DNA of 64,000 nucleotides from Rhizodiscina lignyota (Eukaryota): NCBI GenBank assembly GCA_010015805.1, contig ML978140.1, positions 186,001 to 250,000 of the forward strand, read 5' to 3'. Shown piece by piece: positions 59,032 to 64,000 of this stretch (position 1 is its first letter; each line of letters starts with the position of its first letter). The notes under the pieces were generated by a model. It saw only the letters and a program-made list of their open reading frames with translations, ran no database searches and was not told where the DNA came from. The position numbers and the translations under genes were made by a program.

Positions 59032-61266
59032 GATAACAGAGAGTTCAAAATGCGGTTGGAAAGATATGGAATAGAGTGTCTCGATAAGTTCAAGCCATGA
59101 GCATGTAGTGCAGATTGCTTTACGATCATGTTTACACAGGAAGTTCGGGGAGGAGAGACAAGTCGAGCAAGGAAGTCGCAACAAGAGATGTACGAGAAGA
59201 AGCTAAGCAATCAACGATCTTCGACCTTTGAAGGTTAAGAGAAATGAGAATAATTACTATTGGTTATGTTTATTGCCTGTTCACGTCGCGGCCGCGCCAT
59301 TGCGATAAAAGTTTTGGAGGTTGGCGCACCCATCAATCGTACTGGCAACGTTGGATTTCGCAGCGGTTTCCAAACAATGGGTTTCATGCCATATGCAGGC
59401 AAGCATTCGTTCCAACCAGGAGTGCAACAGCCTCCGCCATCCTATCTTGATCGCCTTCGCCTGTGCAAAGTGTCTCTTGCTTTTTGTAGTCATAGTCGTC
59501 TACCAGTCCGGAATATGGGCATCGCCTTCATCGTTGCTGCCCAACGTGGTATTGATCATGTTTGCAGTTACATCGCAATGCGTTCCAGTGATCTAACCAG
59601 GTCAATTTATTTGGAATTTGCGGGTAGCAAGAGTGATAACACAACTCTGTTGCCTATTCCAGTCAGAGGCTGGATAAAGAGGCAGTCAATTCAGTGAATT
59701 GGGCGAAAAGAGCGGGAGAAAGTCTCGCTAGGTAAAGAGAGTGTCTTCAGATTCCGCATTTCCGATGCTCTGCATTCCGACAGAGGCTTGTAAAGTGCTT
59801 GAGACCTGTACCCCTCGAGTGCCTTCAAGAGCTACGATGCGGAAATATCAGAATCCACCCGAGCGAGCCAAAAAGGAGTGAGGCTTGGGTCAGACGAATC
59901 TATTCGGATGGTGCGTTTCAAAGAATTGGATATGTCTTAGGATCTTCCGTATGGGCCTGTGCTTGGAATGCGGTGGATTGCAATATTAGTCACGGGTGAT
60001 ATTGGCAAAATGTGAATGAATATTAGGATCCTTGCTTCCGCCATGGCCCATATCATGCTGAGTCCATCCGAAATCCTCTTCCAGCCAAGAAACAGGCGAT
60101 CACATTGACTCTAAAGACGGTCCAGATGGTATTCGTCTCTATGATGTTAATTGGCGAGCGAAACTCGTCTCAAGAGGGAGCGACTAGCCGGACTAGAGCA
60201 GGCTCAATGTTCTCGGGTCTGTCCAGACCGTAGCATCCTATCTAGAACATGGGGATAGGAAACCAACGGCTTCACTCGATGCCAGGCGTAGGGCAACGAA
60301 GAGAGGTCCCACAGCGTAGGATGGCCGTTGTTCATAATGTTTCGTCTGGCAGTGGCCACGATGATATCCTTTATTCGGCTGAACAGCTGTCCAGTGCGGT
60401 CACAGTGACGACTGCAGTCATCCCATGGTTGAGCAGTTGTGAGGTCGATGTGCCGGTCCACCCATGCGGCGTGGTCGTGAGCTCTCAATGGCTCGAGTGA
60501 TGCATAAACGACCACGTTTTCGATCGATTGGCCCGTCGGCCTGGAAAGCAGCGGTGTGCAACCACGAAACGCCTGGAAGGCATTGCCAAATGATACGCGA
60601 TCGGCTGGGTGAAATATGGCGCAAGCCTTGGGAGTATAGGTAAGGTGTCAGGTCGCGAAAGGGGAGAGATGGCTCAGGCAAGGTGCCGGGTGAGATCCGC
60701 GCTATTCAGCTGGCCAACGTGAGCGAGCGCGAGGGGATGTATGGTGGGCGAAGCGGAGCCTGATAGATATACTTCGGACTAGGCGAGAGCACAGCGTCGA
60801 CCTCCTTCCTGAAACCCGCAGCGGCGTGGATCTTCAGGGGACGAGAGGACAGCCGGGCGGTTGTTTACACTTCCATGCGTCCTGCTGTGACTTTGACGTG
60901 AATTTAAGTGGCAGAGACGTGAGGCCGGCATGGGTTGGGGGAGGCACGTCAGAGGGCAACGTGATATCATTGGGCCGCACGCCGCCTTTCTTCCACCATC
61001 AAGGACCGCCCTTCTTGCACCGCACACACACACCCCCAACACCCTCTCAAGCCATTGCCGTGCACAACGTGGCCTAGCGCAAGAGGTACACCCGCCAGTT
61101 CTCAAGCTTTCACCGCATTTCCCTTGCCGGCTTGCCCTGCAACGCGGCTTATCGGGGACATTCCCTTGGGCCTCTGGATACAGCCAGCTTTGCTTCTGGA
61201 AGAGCGCCGCCGGCTTCTGAACGCCATTGATCGCAGCACGCTGCGACGATCACAAATGTCGGCTCC

Positions 61267-64000
61267 ATGTCCACCCGTACTTCCGCTCCGCAACATAAAA
61301 CCTCACCTTCCGCCCCGCTGCCAGCTGCTAAGGCCAACGCCTCCAATCATGCTGAGAACGAGGACAATCATCCTCCGTCGAACCCTCACTCTCGCCCGGG
61401 CACCGTGCTAACAAGAGGCCGCCGGCAGCAGGCCGGTAGAACAAGCACTGCACCCAGCGCTCTTGACACGCTTTGGACCACCAGTGGCTCGTCTCCTCAG
61501 TTATCAGAGCGAGAGAGCATCTTTGCATCGACGTGGCAGCCAGAATCGCCAACAGAAGACTCTCCACCACCTGATAGCCGCCGCGAGAGCTTATCAGCGC
61601 TAGAAGAGCAAGATGATCTATCAGAATTGCGGCCGTTCTCCTCCTCGACGTTGATGGAAGCTCCCTTGATCCCACAGACGGCGCCACATTCCAATCCCAT
61701 TCGGCCCTCCTCTAACCAACGAGCACCCTTAGAACGTCAATTGCGGCGTCTATCAGACATCCGAACCAATACCGCCCCCACATTCCACAACAACTTAACC
61801 AGAAACCGAGTGCCGTTCAAAGACTTACGCCACGACCCCGACGATCCTCCCTCGGACCTTCTTCCGGGCATGAGTCCTGTCTCCACCCCATTCGAGCGAC
61901 CGTCTACTCCACAAAGCCTAAGTCTCAGCAGTGATGCAATATCGCCAGATGTTGACGATGAAGAGCGCCTCCGATATCGGTCATGGCGGCAGGGAAGGCC
62001 AACACTACCAAAGAGCAAGCTGAAGGATGAGGAAGGCGCTATTCACCGATCTGCGGTTGACAAGAAAATCGAGGCGACGCTTCCAAAGGCTGATCTGGGA
62101 ACAACAAGCGCAAGGAGCCGTAAGACCAGTCATTATTTGGGCCTCTTCAAGAGCAATGATGTTCTTCTTGAGCAGCGCAGACGCGATGACAGAATTGAAG
62201 AGGCAGATGAACGAGCTCTCGAAGAAGGAAAAGACTTTCGAGAGCGAATATCGGCATTCAGCGAGGCTGTTGGCCGTGGCCGGCTGAAGGACACAGCAAC
62301 AACCAAAGATGTGAACGACCTCGCGGAATCTCTCGCAAGCGATAAATCGCAGAACTTGCCTCCTGACCTTCTCGATCAAATCCAAAAACATCGCGATTTC
62401 ACCACTGGTGCCCTTCGACAGAGGTCCAAGAGCGAAAAGGCTGCTACGAGGACGAAGGAAGCTCCAGAGCATGTCACGTTCGATGACAACAGAATTGTTC
62501 GACAAGTGTCGGGAACGGACGAGGAAGAATCCGAAAGAGAGCAGATATCGTCTGCACTGTACTTTCCTCACCGGCAGAGGACGCTCGAGGAGCAGAAGCG
62601 GGACGTACAGGAGGATGATCGACCGAACACATCTCAGAGTCTTCCAGATCCAGCAGATCGAGAGTATCACGCCAAACTACAAAAGACCGAAGGCGCTCAC
62701 TCTCCCGATGAAGTACAGATCTCACTTGAGGGAAGCGACGATGCTCATTGCCTCCATGGTGACCTGCCACCTTCTACCGCAGCGCAAAAAGAACTCGAAG
62801 AGCGATTCATCCACTCTATTCATTCCTCAGATGTCAGTCTAACCGCATCTGAATCGGAGTATGATTCGCATGACGAGTTGACTGGTAATGAAACTGGTCC
62901 CACTGATGACCTCGCTACTACCCCAACTCCCAAGGCTTCTCAAAGCGGAACACAATTGACAAAATATCGACATGAGCGTCGACCTCCAGTTCCTGTTGGT
63001 GCGGTCGAACTCAAACCCTACGATCACCAAGTTGGCGGCCATTCTACTGTTTACCGCTTCTCTCGGCGGGCTGTCTGCAAACAATTGAATAACAGAGAGA
63101 ATGTGTTCTACGAAACTGTGGAACGAAGCCATCCAGAACTGCTGGACTTCCTCCCAAGGTACGATATTTCATGCTCTCGTCCAAAAGGTTCCGAAGCTGA
63201 GACCTCAGCAAAGATTGCCCAACCCATCCGCTTCCCTCTTCGAACCGGCTATGTGACATGCTAACGAAGTGCTCTCAATTTTAGGTACATCGGAGTCCTC
63301 AACGTGACATATCGTAAAGCTCCAAAGCGACGCAAGACAAAGCAAGACGTAGACAAGGCAAGTGCTGATGTCGATCATCAGTCCAATGCTCTAGGTACCG
63401 TCTTAGATCGAATTGCCTCTACAGATCATGTCACCATGAGCGAGGGAAACGAGGGGAAACAACCTCGTATCGTGAGCCATTCCCAGCAGAATACGTCTGT
63501 ACCCCAGGTCATCTTCGACAACAATCGTCATATTATCCCTGACAACCTTTTCTCACGGTCGCCAAAGTCACTCTACAGGATGCGATCCAGCACGCCTGAT
63601 CCAGCGCCTTCACAGGACCTGGAGAATGGTACCGGGCTTGTTCCTGGCTTTGGGCATGCGTCGAGCAGCAGCAGCAGCCCATCTCGACCTTCAATGAGAC
63701 AGTATTCCAGCTGGGGCGCTACTACTGTGAATCGACAGCTCCAAGAGCAAGTTCTTAGGGAAGTATTCACAGCCCCTACGATCCACCGCCATCGCCGTCA
63801 GTCTCGTTCTGCGCACTTCCGGAGGCTTGCAAAGGAAATGACCAACAACCTGCCAACTTCGCGACAGGGACGGAGGGGCAGCCATGAAGGTTTGGCAGCA
63901 TCACAACCCTCTCTTCTTGACGTGAATCGGGCCCCAATGAGCAGAGGATCGTCTTTGATCCATTCCCCAGACCTTGATCAAGATGAAGCGCATACCGATC
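61267..64000 (+). CDS. KCS1: Inositol hexakisphosphate kinase Kcs1 (5' part; continues beyond window)
   Basis: SARSRKTSHYLGLFK, ISSALYFPH, AVELKPYDHQVGGHSTVYRFSRRAVCKQLNNRENVFYE..LDFLPR|YIGVLNVTY, SWGATTVNRQLQEQVLREVF. Intron ~63159-63284. Confidence 0.9.

Noticed and set aside
59200..61266. Multiple 60-145-aa ORFs upstream of KCS1
   Set aside because: Mostly non-ATG starts, on both strands and without motifs; consistent with promoter/5'UTR sequence.

Overview
Gene-dense eukaryotic DNA from a filamentous ascomycete (Pezizomycotina): most genes carry short (~45-60 nt) GT-AG introns with CTRAC/CTAAC branch sites, so the ORF track splits them. Recognisable housekeeping genes are SLD3, RCD1/CAF40 (CNOT9), a HAK/KUP K+ transporter, NAS6, SGM1/TMF1, a Nit-family amidase, RTP1, SmF, a nucleoside hydrolase and a 3'-truncated KCS1. 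Surface and metabolic genes are a GPI-anchored Cu-only SOD, a Baeyer-Villiger monooxygenase, a CFEM/PTH11-like receptor, an AA11 LPMO, three MDR oxidoreductases and an ALDH. Three things stand out. (1) A head-to-head pair of a spliced, non-retroelement retropepsin-like aspartic protease and a DUF6594 membrane protein sits in a gene-poor accessory tract; it is a candidate protease/effector system. (2) A Gal4-like TF, a sorbitol/xylitol dehydrogenase and a divergent Yfh7/FrcK-like P-loop kinase form a mini-cluster. (3) A 373-bp Tourist/PIF-Harbinger-type MITE with a TTA target duplication and RIP-like mutations lies just upstream of the ALDH. All family calls come from motif recognition by eye; no database search was run. 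No tRNA, rRNA or CRISPR array was recognised.
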